DNA of 59,915 nt, filler included. It is 6 parts of 6 records of this genome, joined end to end, with 100 filler letters (N's around TTAATTAATTAA, not from the genome) between each part and the next. Parts side by side here need not be neighbours in the genome. Positions count along the whole stretch, not along the records: positions 1 to 11,790 come from SRR31156797_24063; 5 more parts are not named here. The stretch is one strand, 5' to 3'. Shown piece by piece: positions 1 to 9,921 of this stretch (position 1 is the first letter of the stretch; each line of letters opens with the position of its first letter). The position numbers and the translations under genes are program-made. The notes beneath the pieces were generated by a model. That model made no database searches and was not told the origin of the DNA. It worked only from the letters and a program-made list of their open reading frames with translations.

Positions 1-1776
1 GACGGAACTATATGGGGCTGGGGATATAACTCTGCCGGTCAGCTTGGTAACGGTACGACTGCAAACAGCCTGACCCCGGTTCAGGAGGCGACAGCGTCTA
101 CTGACTGGGCATACATTAAGGCCACCAACGGGTCTGTTTTTGCGATAAAAACTGATGGAACTCTGTGGTCTTGGGGTGGAAATAGCTACGGTATGCTGGG
201 GCATAATACTACGTCATCAGTGGATACACCTACTCAGGTAGGTTCAGATGAAAATTGGGTTTCGGTTGATGGCGGAGAGAATCACTCCATAGCTCTTAAG
301 AGTAATGGTTCTATCTGGTGCTCTGGTTATAATAATAACGGTCAGCTGGGAAACAGTACCACTACTGATAGCCTAGTCTTTGTTCAGGAGACAACATACA
401 ATTTCACATGGAGAGCTATCGGGGCAGGGCAGAATGTTTCTTTCGGTATCAGATATGACGGAACTCTCTGGTCTTGGGGGGCAAATAGTTTTGCTCAACT
501 TGCTACAGGTGACATAGATGATAGGAATAGCCCTACTCAGGAGAAGACAGGCGCTAACAACTGGGTAGATGTAGATGCATCATCCGGACATACACTCGCT
601 ATTAATACTGACGGTAATCTTTTCGGCTGGGGTGGACATTTATACGGCGTACTTCTTTTAGGCGCAGATGTGAGCAACTCAGCAATACAAGAACCTCTAC
701 GCAACTATATATATGGATTATCCCCGAGCAGTTCCTCATATTCTGTTGGAGATGTTCATTCGGCAATAATCAATTATTCAAATGAAATATGGAGCTGGGG
801 TGTAAATAACTTTGGTGGTCTTGGTGATAACTCAACTACTGACAGAACAGTACCTGTTAATGAGAGTTCTGGTTCTACTAACTGGGACTCCGTAGAAACT
901 GGCTGGCAATTCACAGTTGCAATTAATTCTGCTGGAGAGATATGGAGTTGGGGAGATAATTCATACGGTCAGCTTGGTGACGGTACAACAACAAATAGTA
1001 GTATTCCTGTTAGGGAATCAACCAACGCAACAGACTGGGCGGCTATTGCAGCAGGTAATTCCCATGTTATAGCTTTGAAAAACGACGGATCACTCTGGTC
1101 GTGGGGTAGAAATAATTACGGTCAGTTAGGAGATGCTTCCACAACTGATAGAAACAGTCCAGTTCAGGAGAATCTCTACAAAACATGGACAAAGATATAT
1201 GCTGGTAATTCCTTTACGGTAGCTATTGATGATTCAGGTTCAATGTGGCTTTGGGGGTATAATAGTGCAGGTCAGCTTGGAGATGGAACCACCACCGACT
1301 CAAGTATCCCTCTTGAGCTGCCAGGGAGTGAAACATGGGTGGATGCCGCTCTCGGTAATAATTACACTGTAGGGCTTAGGGTTGATAATACTTTATGGGC
1401 TTGGGGAGAGAATTCTTCAGGTCAGTTTGGAGATGGCACTACAACAAGTTCTTCTTCACCAACATCTGTCGCAACCGGTAATACGTGGGCGAAGGTTTAC
1501 GCCGGAGATAGCCACACTATCGCAATTGCAACTTCAGGAGCATTATTTGCATGGGGTCAGAACTCATATTATCAGCTTGGAGATGGCACAAACTCAGGCA
1601 GTGTCTCTCCTGTGCAGGAATCATCCGGATCGACAGAATGGCTTGATGCTTCTGTTGGTGAGCATAGTGTTCTGGCAAGGCGAACTGACAACACGCTTTG
1701 GGCTTGGGGTGATAACACAAACTATAAGGCTTTACCTGATCATATAACCTATCCTGTTGAAATATATAGCAGATAA
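1..1776 (+). CDS. RCC1/BLIP-II repeat beta-propeller protein, 5'-truncated
   Basis: Frame 1 is open from base 1 ([19 protein letters not shown]...). About 12 RCC1-type repeats (G.lWsWG.N..GQLG.G, preceded by aG..Ht.ai) are visible, and the last 7 form a complete propeller. The ATG at 193 is internal. Confidence 0.9.
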   Translation, partial: DGTIWGWGYNSAGQLGNGTTANSLTPVQEATASTDWAYIKATNGSVFAIKTDGTLWSWGGNSYGMLGHNTTSSVDTPTQVGSDENWVSVDGGENHSIALKSNGSIWCSGYNNNGQLGNSTTTDSLVFVQETTYNFTWRAIGAGQNVSFGIRYDGTLWSWGANSFAQLATGDIDDRNSPTQEKTGANNWVDVDASSGHTLAINTDGNLFGWGGHLYGVLLLGADVSNSAIQEPLRNYIYGLSPSSSSYSVGDVHSAIINYSNEIWSWGVNNFGGLGDNSTTDRTVPVNESSGSTNWDSVETGWQFTVAINSAGEIWSWGDNSYGQLGDGTTTNSSIPVRESTNATDWAAIAAGNSHVIALKNDGSLWSWGRNNYGQLGDASTTDRNSPVQENLYKTWTKIYAGNSFTVAIDDSGSMWLWGYNSAGQLGDGTTTDSSIPLELPGSETWVDAALGNNYTVGLRVDNTLWAWGENSSGQFGDGTTTSSSSPTSVATGNTWAKVYAGDSHTIAIATSGALFAWGQNSYYQLGDGTNSGSVSPVQESSGSTEWLDASVGEHSVLARRTDNTLWAWGDNTNYKALPDHITYPVEIYSR

Positions 1777-1786
1777 CAAACATACT

Positions 1787-1817
1787 AAGCCGGCTCTTTC
1801 GAGGGTCGGCTTTTTTT
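1787..1817 (+). terminator. Rho-independent terminator
   Basis: AAGCCGGCTCT-TTCG-AGGGTCGGCTT hairpin plus T-tract just after the RCC1 gene stop. Confidence 0.8.
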
Positions 1818-1900
1818 ATAAGCTGAATTTATAGCAAGAAACGGGTGGTTTGAGTCATTACTCTGGGCTATATTATCCATATCAAAATACGGAGCTATGA

Positions 1901-2542
1901 ATGAAAGAAGTTTTTGCACCAGGGTGTGCGCTGTACCTTTATAAGCGTCACCTGATAGATAATATGCTCAAGTTCCTTGGTGATACAGAAGAGTATACCA
2001 CCTGCTGTCACCATAAGCCGGATGTTGATGAACCGACAAGGATTATTAATGTCTGTGCCGGATGCGACAGGCGATACGGCTCTCTTTATGAAGATGTTAG
2101 CACTATCTCCTTCTGGGAAAAGCTGGCAGAGGCGGAAGATTTTAATTTTCCTGATTACGGCGGTGTGACCATGACTATACTTGATGCCTGTCCTACACGT
2201 AAGAATGTGAAAGTGCATGAGGCTGTCAGGACTCTCATCAGGAGAATGAACATAAATCTTATCGAACCGGAACACACCGGCACAAAAGGTAAGTGCTGTG
2301 GTGATAGCTTCTATGGCAAGTTGCCAAAAGAAAAAGTTATAGAGAAGATGAGAGAGCGGGCTGATGAGATGCCTGCTGAAAATGTTGTTGTCTACTGTGT
2401 CTCCTGTATAAAAGCTATTGCTAACGGTGGGAAAAGCCCTAGATATTTAGTCGATCTGCTCTTCGGCGAATTCACACTGGCGGGAACTACAGACCCGGAT
2501 GACTGGCACAGCCAGATAGAAGCGTTTATTAAGGAACACTGA
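1901..2542 (+). CDS. Cys-rich CCG-domain (HdrB/GlpC-like) Fe-S-binding protein
   Basis: Motifs FAPGC, CC...CAGC, DACP, CCG...YCVSC; GGAG RBS upstream. Confidence 0.75.
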   Translation: MKEVFAPGCALYLYKRHLIDNMLKFLGDTEEYTTCCHHKPDVDEPTRIINVCAGCDRRYGSLYEDVSTISFWEKLAEAEDFNFPDYGGVTMTILDACPTRKNVKVHEAVRTLIRRMNINLIEPEHTGTKGKCCGDSFYGKLPKEKVIEKMRERADEMPAENVVVYCVSCIKAIANGGKSPRYLVDLLFGEFTLAGTTDPDDWHSQIEAFIKEH

Positions 2543-2543
2543 T

Positions 2544-3368
2544 ATGTCTGACTACAGGCGGATAGAAAAAGCTATAAAATTTATCGAAGCTAATGCTAAA
2601 AGGCAGCCCTCTCTAGAGGAGATTGCTGAGCATATAGGTCTTAGCCAGTTTCACTTTCAGCGTCTTTTCAAAGAGTGGGCAGGGCTCACTCCTAAGCGTT
2701 TTTTACAGTTTATAACAGTTACGCACGCTAAAGAACTACTCAGCAGGTCTGCATCCGTACTGGATGCGTCATACGAGGTTGGGCTCAGCGGTCCGGGCAG
2801 GCTTCACGATCTCTTTATCACTGTAGACGGCATAACACCCGGTGAGTATAAAAAGATGGGTGAGGGACTTCTCATCCGCTACGGCTGCCACGAAACAGTT
2901 TTTGGAGAGTGTTTGATAGCTGAAACTGACAGAGGGATATGCTGGCTAAGCTTTGAGTTTGAAGGTGAGGACGGACTTGAGTCTATGAAGAAATGCTGGG
3001 CTGGGGCTAGATTTGTGAGAGATGATAAGGCAGGCTCAGCTGCGGCAGATATAATTAACGGCAGGGGCAGAGAGAGGTTAAATCTCTTTGTAAAAGGGAC
3101 TAATTTTCAGCTGAAAGTTTGGGAGGCTCTTCTGCGTATACCGGAAGGGGCTATTATATCTTACGGTGAGCTGGCGGATGCTGTTGGCTGCAGCGGCGGC
3201 TCAAGGGCTGTGGGGAGTGCTGTGGGCAGTAATATAGTTTCCTATCTTATCCCCTGCCACAGAGTTCTCAGAGCATCAGGCGAAATTGGCGGCTACCGCT
3301 GGGGTATCCAAAGGAAGAAAACTATCATTGCATACGAATCGTTAAATTATTCCCTTTTTAAAAACTGA
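2544..3368 (+). CDS. AraC-HTH / methylated-DNA-protein-cysteine methyltransferase (Ada-like, no N-terminal Zn domain)
   Basis: N-terminal AraC HTH (PSLEEIA..GLSQFHFQRLFKEWAG) and C-terminal Ogt active site IPCHRV with GTNFQLKVW and GGYRWG. Confidence 0.92.
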   Translation: MSDYRRIEKAIKFIEANAKRQPSLEEIAEHIGLSQFHFQRLFKEWAGLTPKRFLQFITVTHAKELLSRSASVLDASYEVGLSGPGRLHDLFITVDGITPGEYKKMGEGLLIRYGCHETVFGECLIAETDRGICWLSFEFEGEDGLESMKKCWAGARFVRDDKAGSAAADIINGRGRERLNLFVKGTNFQLKVWEALLRIPEGAIISYGELADAVGCSGGSRAVGSAVGSNIVSYLIPCHRVLRASGEIGGYRWGIQRKKTIIAYESLNYSLFKN

Positions 3369-3431
3369 TAAAGTCTTATTATATGTGGTACAATAAATAA
3401 CAAAGACACAAATAAACAGAAGAGTTCTGAT

Positions 3432-5846
3432 ATGAAGCGAATATTATTAATCTTAGTACTTGGCGTTCTTTTCATTATTGCTGATATGGTTATAGTTTCA
3501 TCTTTAAGGGAGAGCTACGTCTCAAAACAGTATAATTATGTGAACAAGAATGTTTCTACGATAAGGGCTCAGCTTGAGTCAGAGATAACCACTGACCTGT
3601 TTGCCATTAGTGCTTTAGCGTCCTACGTTAGCACACACCCTCATTTTACTCAGGAGTCATTTGATACCATTGCTGAGTCTATAATGCTGACAAGTAAGCA
3701 TTTATTAAACTTAGCTGCTGCGCCTGACTATAAGCTTTCATATGTTTACCCTCTTGAGGGTAACGAGGCAATATTAGGTATAAACTATAAAGACGTACCT
3801 TCTCAGTGGGAAGAGGTGAAGCTTGTGCGCGACACAGGCAAGATGGTTATAGCAGGACCTATTGATCTTATACAGGGCGGCAGAGGGCTCATAGGACGTG
3901 CACCTGTAGTGATAAAAGGGAAAGAGAATAAAAACTGGGGTATTGTCTCCGCTGTAATAGATTTTGATAATCTGATGAGAGGTATAGTTAATAATTTAAA
4001 AAACATGCAGCTTAATGTTGCTGTCTATAAAAAGGCGCAGCAGAAAGAAAAATTCATAAAAATGTTCGAGTCTGAAGAACCTGTAGATGATCTTAATAAT
4101 ATTCAGATGAGTGTTATTGTTCCTAATGGAGAGTGGATGATCAAAGCTTCTCCATCTAAAGGTTGGGGGGCGGGTTTCAGCGGTGAGCTTTATGTTCACT
4201 CAGCAACTTTTATACTTTTTTTAATACTATCGCTCGCTTTACTATTTAAATATCAGAAAGATATAGATTTTCAGAAACAGAAAGAGCATACAAAACAGCT
4301 CATAGAGAGAACTACGGATGCTTATTTTGAAGTAGACAGAGAGTTTAATGTTATATATCTGAACTCTAAAACAGAGGAGCAGCTAAAGATTAAATCTGAC
4401 GAAGTGCTAGGTAAAAGTCTCTGGCAGACACTTCCGGATGTTATAGGCTCAGCTTTCCACGCTAAATTCCACGAAGCTGTCGACACTCTTGAAATAGTTA
4501 AATTTGAAGGGTACTACGCTCCGTCAGATACATGGTATGAAGTTACAGCATTTCCTACAGAGGATAAGCTTTCGGTATATTTTCAGGATATTAATGCTAG
4601 AAAAACTTTGGAAGAAGCTGTTACTGCATCTAAGAATCAGCTTGACGTTATCTTTGATACGACAAGAGACGGTATAGCGATTATGGATCTTGATACAAAT
4701 TTCCTGCACTGTAATAAAGCTTATGAGAAGCTCACTGGGCGCACTTACGATGAGCTTATGCAGCTGTCTTCGATAAATCTGAGCATGGAAGAGGATATAC
4801 CTAGGGCGAAAGAAGCTGTGGAGCATGTTAAAAGATTTGGCTATATAGAAAACTTTGAAAAGATATCTGTCGCTAAATCCGGCGCACATGTAAAGGTTCA
4901 GATGGCTATGGTTCTTATGGCTGATGAAGAGCGGCTGATTGTTTCCACCAGAGATATCACAGATATGGCAAAAACTCAGGACGAGCTTAAGGAGAGCAAG
5001 AAGCAGCTTCAGCGCTATGTTAAGATAGTGGATGAAGATGTAATCACTTCTCAGACCGACCTCGATGGAATCATAACCTATGCGAGTGAGGCTTTCTGCA
5101 GGATATCCGGTTATGAAAAAGGTGAGCTTATCGGCAAGAGCCATAATGTTATAAGGCACCCTGATATGACGGACGAGACATTCGTAGACCTCTGGGAGAC
5201 TATCCGTGATGGAAGGAAATGGCGTAAGGAGATTAAAAATCTTAAGAAAGACGGCGGTTTCTACTGGGTAGATACATACATTGTTCCTCTTACACACGAG
5301 GATGGCGAAGCTTTCGGCTATATGGCTGTGATGCAGGATATCACGGCTAAGAAAGAGCTTGAGCGCATATCAGTAACTGACAGACTGACAGGTCTTTATA
5401 ATAGAATGAAAATAGACTCCAGCATCCAGAGTGAGCATAAACGCTACCTCAGATATCAGGAGCCGTACAGCCTTATTCTTTTTGATATAGACCATTTTAA
5501 ATCAGTTAACGATACACACGGACATCTCATTGGTGACTATGTTTTGAAAGAACTTTCAAGGCTCACTGGAACACTTATACGTGAGACAGATGTACTTGGA
5601 AGATGGGGTGGTGAGGAGTTTCTTGTCATCTGCCCTAAGACAGAGATAGATGGTGCACTTATTCTCGCTGAGAATATGAGAAAAGCCATTGAGGAGCACC
5701 CGTTTGAGCATGTGAATAAGATTACTTCGAGCTTCGGCGTTGCATCTGTGAGGACTGCCGGAGATTACGATATGCTCATGAAGGTTGTGGACGATGCTTT
5801 ATACGCAGCGAAAAAAAGCGGAAGGAACTGTGTTCGTACCCCTTAG
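3432..5846 (+). CDS. Membrane CHASE-PAS(x3)-GGDEF diguanylate cyclase
   Basis: TM, CHASE-like region (VYPLEGNEAILG...GPIDLIQGG...WGIVSAVID), TM, three PAS domains, then DIDHFK.VND..GH..GD, RETD I-site and GGEEF active site. Confidence 0.92.
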   Translation: MKRILLILVLGVLFIIADMVIVSSLRESYVSKQYNYVNKNVSTIRAQLESEITTDLFAISALASYVSTHPHFTQESFDTIAESIMLTSKHLLNLAAAPDYKLSYVYPLEGNEAILGINYKDVPSQWEEVKLVRDTGKMVIAGPIDLIQGGRGLIGRAPVVIKGKENKNWGIVSAVIDFDNLMRGIVNNLKNMQLNVAVYKKAQQKEKFIKMFESEEPVDDLNNIQMSVIVPNGEWMIKASPSKGWGAGFSGELYVHSATFILFLILSLALLFKYQKDIDFQKQKEHTKQLIERTTDAYFEVDREFNVIYLNSKTEEQLKIKSDEVLGKSLWQTLPDVIGSAFHAKFHEAVDTLEIVKFEGYYAPSDTWYEVTAFPTEDKLSVYFQDINARKTLEEAVTASKNQLDVIFDTTRDGIAIMDLDTNFLHCNKAYEKLTGRTYDELMQLSSINLSMEEDIPRAKEAVEHVKRFGYIENFEKISVAKSGAHVKVQMAMVLMADEERLIVSTRDITDMAKTQDELKESKKQLQRYVKIVDEDVITSQTDLDGIITYASEAFCRISGYEKGELIGKSHNVIRHPDMTDETFVDLWETIRDGRKWRKEIKNLKKDGGFYWVDTYIVPLTHEDGEAFGYMAVMQDITAKKELERISVTDRLTGLYNRMKIDSSIQSEHKRYLRYQEPYSLILFDIDHFKSVNDTHGHLIGDYVLKELSRLTGTLIRETDVLGRWGGEEFLVICPKTEIDGALILAENMRKAIEEHPFEHVNKITSSFGVASVRTAGDYDMLMKVVDDALYAAKKSGRNCVRTP

Positions 5847-6190
5847 TATTCGCCCTTGTTCGGAACTATACATATAAAGATAAATTCGCCTTCAGTTGTG
5901 CTTCTGAACTGATGCTCAACACCTGACGGAACGAATGCTACTCCACCTTCGGAGACGGGATTGTCTTCACCGTTCATATGAAGTATACCTTCGCCTTTTA
6001 TAATGTAGTTTATATGCGGCCAGTCGTGGGTATGCTTTGGAGTATTGCCCCTGTCTGAGATGGTGAAAACACGCATCACATGGTCTTTCCACCCCTCTTC
6101 ATTTCCAACTCCGACCTGCTTCATAACATTGACAGCACCGGGAACATCCATAGGTATTTTTTTGATATTTTTAAGATTATCCACAAACAT
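5843..6190 (-). CDS. Cupin domain protein
   Basis: Cupin motifs TPKHTHDWPH...GEG and VPSGVEHQF; AGGAGG RBS; stop overlaps the stop of the GGDEF gene. Confidence 0.88.
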   Translation of the reverse strand: MFVDNLKNIKKIPMDVPGAVNVMKQVGVGNEEGWKDHVMRVFTISDRGNTPKHTHDWPHINYIIKGEGILHMNGEDNPVSEGGVAFVPSGVEHQFRSTTEGEFIFICIVPNKGEY

Positions 6191-6259
6191 AGTTTCCTCC
6201 TGAAAGATAATATTATAAACTAAAAAGGCATGTAATTAAATCCATTTTGGAGGCTTTAA

Positions 6260-7204
6260 ATGAAAGCGATAATTGTAAATAATTTTGGCGAGGCTGATGT
6301 CCTCGAATTTGCAGATATAGATAAACCTGAGCCACATGCTGGCGAACTGCTCATAAAAGTTGCCGGGGCAGGGGTTAATCCTGTTGATGGTAAAACCCGC
6401 AAAGGGGTGGGCTTTGTAGCGGAGGCGGTTAAGGATAATCTCCCATGGAATCCGGGTTTTGATGTTGCCGGAGTTGTAGAGACCATCGGCGAAGGAGTGA
6501 CTCAGTTTCAGGTTGGCGACAGAGTATACGGCAGGCTCGATTTCCTTAACAGGGTTGGTGCTTACGCAGAGTATACCGTAGCAGACCAGTCTATAATGTG
6601 TAAGGCTCCTGAGAATATAGATCTACTTTATGCGGCGGCACTTCCCGTAGCTGCACAGACAGCTTATCAGGCTCTCTTCAAAGTTGGCGATGTGAAAGAG
6701 GGTGACAGAGTCCTCATCCACGCTGGCGCAGGCGGGGTTGGGCATATGGCTGTCCAGCTCGCTAAGATGAAAGGGGCACAGGTTACATGTACAGCATCTG
6801 GCTATAACGAATCCTTCCTGAAAGAGCTCGGTGCAGATGAGGTTATAGATTATTCTGAGTCGGATTTTACTTTGGCAGAACCTTTCGACTTTATTATGGA
6901 CAATATCGGCTTTGAGGTTGGTGAACGTTCGCTTAATGTTCTAAAGGCTGACGGGCTTATGGTCACAGTGCCGACAGTCACAGCAGAACGTGTCATCGTA
7001 GCTGCTAAGGGGCGTGGCTTAAACGTTAAACGGATCAAGGTTGCTGCTGACAAGGGAGAGCTTGAAGAGATCGCAGGTCTTATTGATAAAGGATTCATAC
7101 GTGTTTTCGTATCGCAGGTGTTCCCGCTTGAACAGGCACCACAAGCCCACAAGGCTATTGAAACCGGCAGTACAAGAGGTAAAATAGTTCTCAGTAACGG
7201 GTAG
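6260..7204 (+). CDS. NADP-dependent quinone oxidoreductase (Zn-independent MDR family)
   Basis: AGVNPVD, PGFDVAG, HAGAGGVG Rossmann motif and C-terminal GKIVL; GGAGG RBS. Confidence 0.9.
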   Translation: MKAIIVNNFGEADVLEFADIDKPEPHAGELLIKVAGAGVNPVDGKTRKGVGFVAEAVKDNLPWNPGFDVAGVVETIGEGVTQFQVGDRVYGRLDFLNRVGAYAEYTVADQSIMCKAPENIDLLYAAALPVAAQTAYQALFKVGDVKEGDRVLIHAGAGGVGHMAVQLAKMKGAQVTCTASGYNESFLKELGADEVIDYSESDFTLAEPFDFIMDNIGFEVGERSLNVLKADGLMVTVPTVTAERVIVAAKGRGLNVKRIKVAADKGELEEIAGLIDKGFIRVFVSQVFPLEQAPQAHKAIETGSTRGKIVLSNG

Positions 7205-7293
7205 CAAACACCTGCTGATGTTTAATTAACATATCTATCACTCTTACCTAAAAAATTACCACTAAAGTGGAATATTATTTTTAGGAGGAACTG

Positions 7294-8574
7294 ATGAGAA
7301 AATTATTGATTGGAGCGCTACTTGCGTTTCCATTGGTCATGGTTACAGGTTGTAATAAGGATAAGTTTTCCGTGGAGAGCGGAACGACTTTAGATGCCAC
7401 AGTTGAGCTGGCAGAAGTTGAGTATTCTACAGGTAAGAAAATGCCCCTGACAGTCGGTGTCGGCAGTGGTCTTTATCACTCCGTATACGACAGCCCTGAT
7501 GTAGTTTACTCCATTACTGACAGAGGACCGAACATCAAATGTGTGGATAGTGAAAAGCTGATAGGTAAAAAACTTTGCGAAAAAGGTAAGATTTTCCCTG
7601 TGGCTTCTTTCGCACCATCTATCTATAAGTACAGGATCACAGACGGCAAAGCGACAGTTAAAAAGGTTATCACTCTTAAAGACTCACACGGTAACGACAT
7701 TACCGGTCTTGCAAATCCGCTTGTTACTACAAACACTGAAAGAGCTTTTGGTAACGACGGTAATGAGATTCCTATGGATCCGGAAGGTCTTGATACTGAG
7801 GCTATTGTTAAGCTTAAAGATGGTACATTCTGGCTGGCGGAGGAGTATGGACCGAGCCTTGTACATGTAGCGGCTGACGGTAAGATCCTTAATAGAATCG
7901 TCCCTGCCGGTTTAGAGAAAGACCTTGCCAAAGCTGAATATCCAATCAGCGGAACACTCCCTGCTATATTCATGAAGAGAAAGCTCAACAGGGGCGCAGA
8001 GTCAGTTGCTGTGAGTCCGGATGAGCAATTTATGTATTTTGTTATGCAGTCCCCGCTGGCTAACCCTAACAGCAAGGCGTACAAAGGCTCTAATATGTGC
8101 AGGCTTGTTAAGATGGAGCTCGCTTCCGGTAAAGTTCTTGGCGAATATATATATGAGATGGATGCTCCAGGCACATTCATAGAAGACAACGCTAAAAAGA
8201 AGAGAAAGCAGAGTGATGTTAAGCTCTCTGAGATGGTGGCAATCGACACTGATAAGCTAATCGTTCTCGAGAGAATCAGCATGACTACTAAATTTTACAA
8301 GGTTGACCTGACAGGCGCTGAGGATATCCTCGGTTCTAAGTGGGATGATATGAACACTTCTCCTACGCTTGAGCAGATGAATACTCCTGAGAAGGCGGGT
8401 ATCAAGCCCCTCGCTAAAGCTATTGTTTATAACAGTGACAAAGATGGTGCACTTATGAACAAGGTAGAAGGTATAGCTCTTATGGGTAACGGGCAGGCTG
8501 TTGTTCTTAATGACAACGACTTCGGTATCGCAGGTGCTAAATCAGAATTCAAAGTGATCGATTTTAAATACTAA
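7294..8574 (+). CDS. Esterase-like activity of phytase family lipoprotein (beta-propeller)
   Basis: Lipobox VTG-C; motifs TDRGPN, GLDTEA, EEYGP, NRGAE, QSPL, KVEG, NDNDFG; AGGAGG RBS. Confidence 0.85.
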   Translation: MRKLLIGALLAFPLVMVTGCNKDKFSVESGTTLDATVELAEVEYSTGKKMPLTVGVGSGLYHSVYDSPDVVYSITDRGPNIKCVDSEKLIGKKLCEKGKIFPVASFAPSIYKYRITDGKATVKKVITLKDSHGNDITGLANPLVTTNTERAFGNDGNEIPMDPEGLDTEAIVKLKDGTFWLAEEYGPSLVHVAADGKILNRIVPAGLEKDLAKAEYPISGTLPAIFMKRKLNRGAESVAVSPDEQFMYFVMQSPLANPNSKAYKGSNMCRLVKMELASGKVLGEYIYEMDAPGTFIEDNAKKKRKQSDVKLSEMVAIDTDKLIVLERISMTTKFYKVDLTGAEDILGSKWDDMNTSPTLEQMNTPEKAGIKPLAKAIVYNSDKDGALMNKVEGIALMGNGQAVVLNDNDFGIAGAKSEFKVIDFKY

Positions 8575-8582
8575 TAAATTAA

Positions 8583-8608
8583 GGGGGAGTTTTTGGCTCC
8601 CCCGTTTT
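8583..8608. terminator. Intrinsic terminator between convergent genes
   Basis: GGGGGAG...CTCCCCC stem followed by GTTTT. Confidence 0.65.
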
Positions 8609-8613
8609 ATATC

Positions 8614-9762
8614 TTAGTGAAATTTCCCGTCAGGAACCTTTTCCCTCTTGCCAGCTTTGAACTCAACTGATTTAGTAGGACAGACTTCCGTACATACTCC
8701 GCATGAGAAACAGTCAGGTATTGTCGCTTTGTCCTGTTTGAGGATGGCGTCCATAACTGTTGTCGGGCATGCGTCACTGCACTTATTACAGGCAGTGCAT
8801 GTGTCGTAGTTAACCTTGATGTTAAAGGTGCTTATCTTTTCAAATATCCAGCCTACAAAGCCGAAAGGGCAGAAGAACAGACACCATGGTCTGTATGTGA
8901 ACAGGCTTAATATAAGAATAATTCCTACAAAACCGCCGCCGATTATGCCGAGCATTTTAGGTTTGAAAATCTTAAACGGATCGATGTGCTCGAAAAGGTC
9001 CATAGCATACTGAAAAGAGAAGTAGAGCATCAGCATAAATATCATCATTCTGAAAGTGTTAGACATAACAAAAGGTATCTTATACTGAGGGATAGCGCCT
9101 TCGCCTGTGTCTTTGCCATTACGACCAAGACGGAAGATGAAGTCCTGAAGTGTGCCGAACTGACAGCCCCAGGAGCATATAAACTTGTTAGCAATCAGAA
9201 CAGTCATAAGGAATATTGACAGAGCTATCATACGAGGCATGAAGATCGCACCGGACTTACCGTAGAGGAAAACAGCATCCTTCACAGTCCCCATAGGGCT
9301 AGGGTCTGCACCGAGTATCACTCCGAATATGGCAAATGATAAGGCGTAAATCCACTTTCTATTTTTGCTGGTGATTCTGTTTTTGATCAGCATATACAGC
9401 ATTGTTCCGAGGAATATAAACCATAAGAGGAATTTAAGCGGTATTTTGAACCAGTTTTTTGTTTCCGCCTCAGCTCTCAGTGCGAGTCTTCTGTCGAATT
9501 CTGCCTGAATTGCCTCAGCACTTCCGAAATCAAGCACCTTCTTCTTCAGGTCTTCTTTAGACGTAAGCCCGAGTAGTCCTTTGGTGAACTGCATAGCGAG
9601 CTTATTATCTAAAACAAACTGCTCAACAGTCATTTCGCTGCTCATTTTGAGAGTGTAGTGATCAGGAAGTTTTTCCGGCTTTCCACCCCATAAACCCGCC
9701 GAAATAGTAGACAAGATAACAACTGCGAAAACAGTAACGAGAAAAAGAATAACCTGCTTCAT
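8614..9762 (-). CDS. Membrane 4Fe-4S binding protein (NapH/MauN/YccM-like polyferredoxin)
   Basis: Multiple TM helices, CSWGCQFG and WCLFFCPFG motifs, two CxxCxxCxxxCP ferredoxin motifs. Start placed at MKQVIL (9762); the ORF track starts at 9801. Confidence 0.85.
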   Translation of the reverse strand: MKQVILFLVTVFAVVILSTISAGLWGGKPEKLPDHYTLKMSSEMTVEQFVLDNKLAMQFTKGLLGLTSKEDLKKKVLDFGSAEAIQAEFDRRLALRAEAETKNWFKIPLKFLLWFIFLGTMLYMLIKNRITSKNRKWIYALSFAIFGVILGADPSPMGTVKDAVFLYGKSGAIFMPRMIALSIFLMTVLIANKFICSWGCQFGTLQDFIFRLGRNGKDTGEGAIPQYKIPFVMSNTFRMMIFMLMLYFSFQYAMDLFEHIDPFKIFKPKMLGIIGGGFVGIILILSLFTYRPWCLFFCPFGFVGWIFEKISTFNIKVNYDTCTACNKCSDACPTTVMDAILKQDKATIPDCFSCGVCTEVCPTKSVEFKAGKREKVPDGKFH

Positions 9763-9921
9763 AAGCCCCACCCAAATGATTTTTATAAGTATATACCACA
9801 TTTGAGTCGTTATTTTAGCTAAAAAAGTATTATTTTATTTAAATATCAAAATACCTCTTTCTTTATTTCCAAATCTGGTGAATACTGTCAGGCTTTATAA
9901 GTAAACAGGAGCCTTAATACA

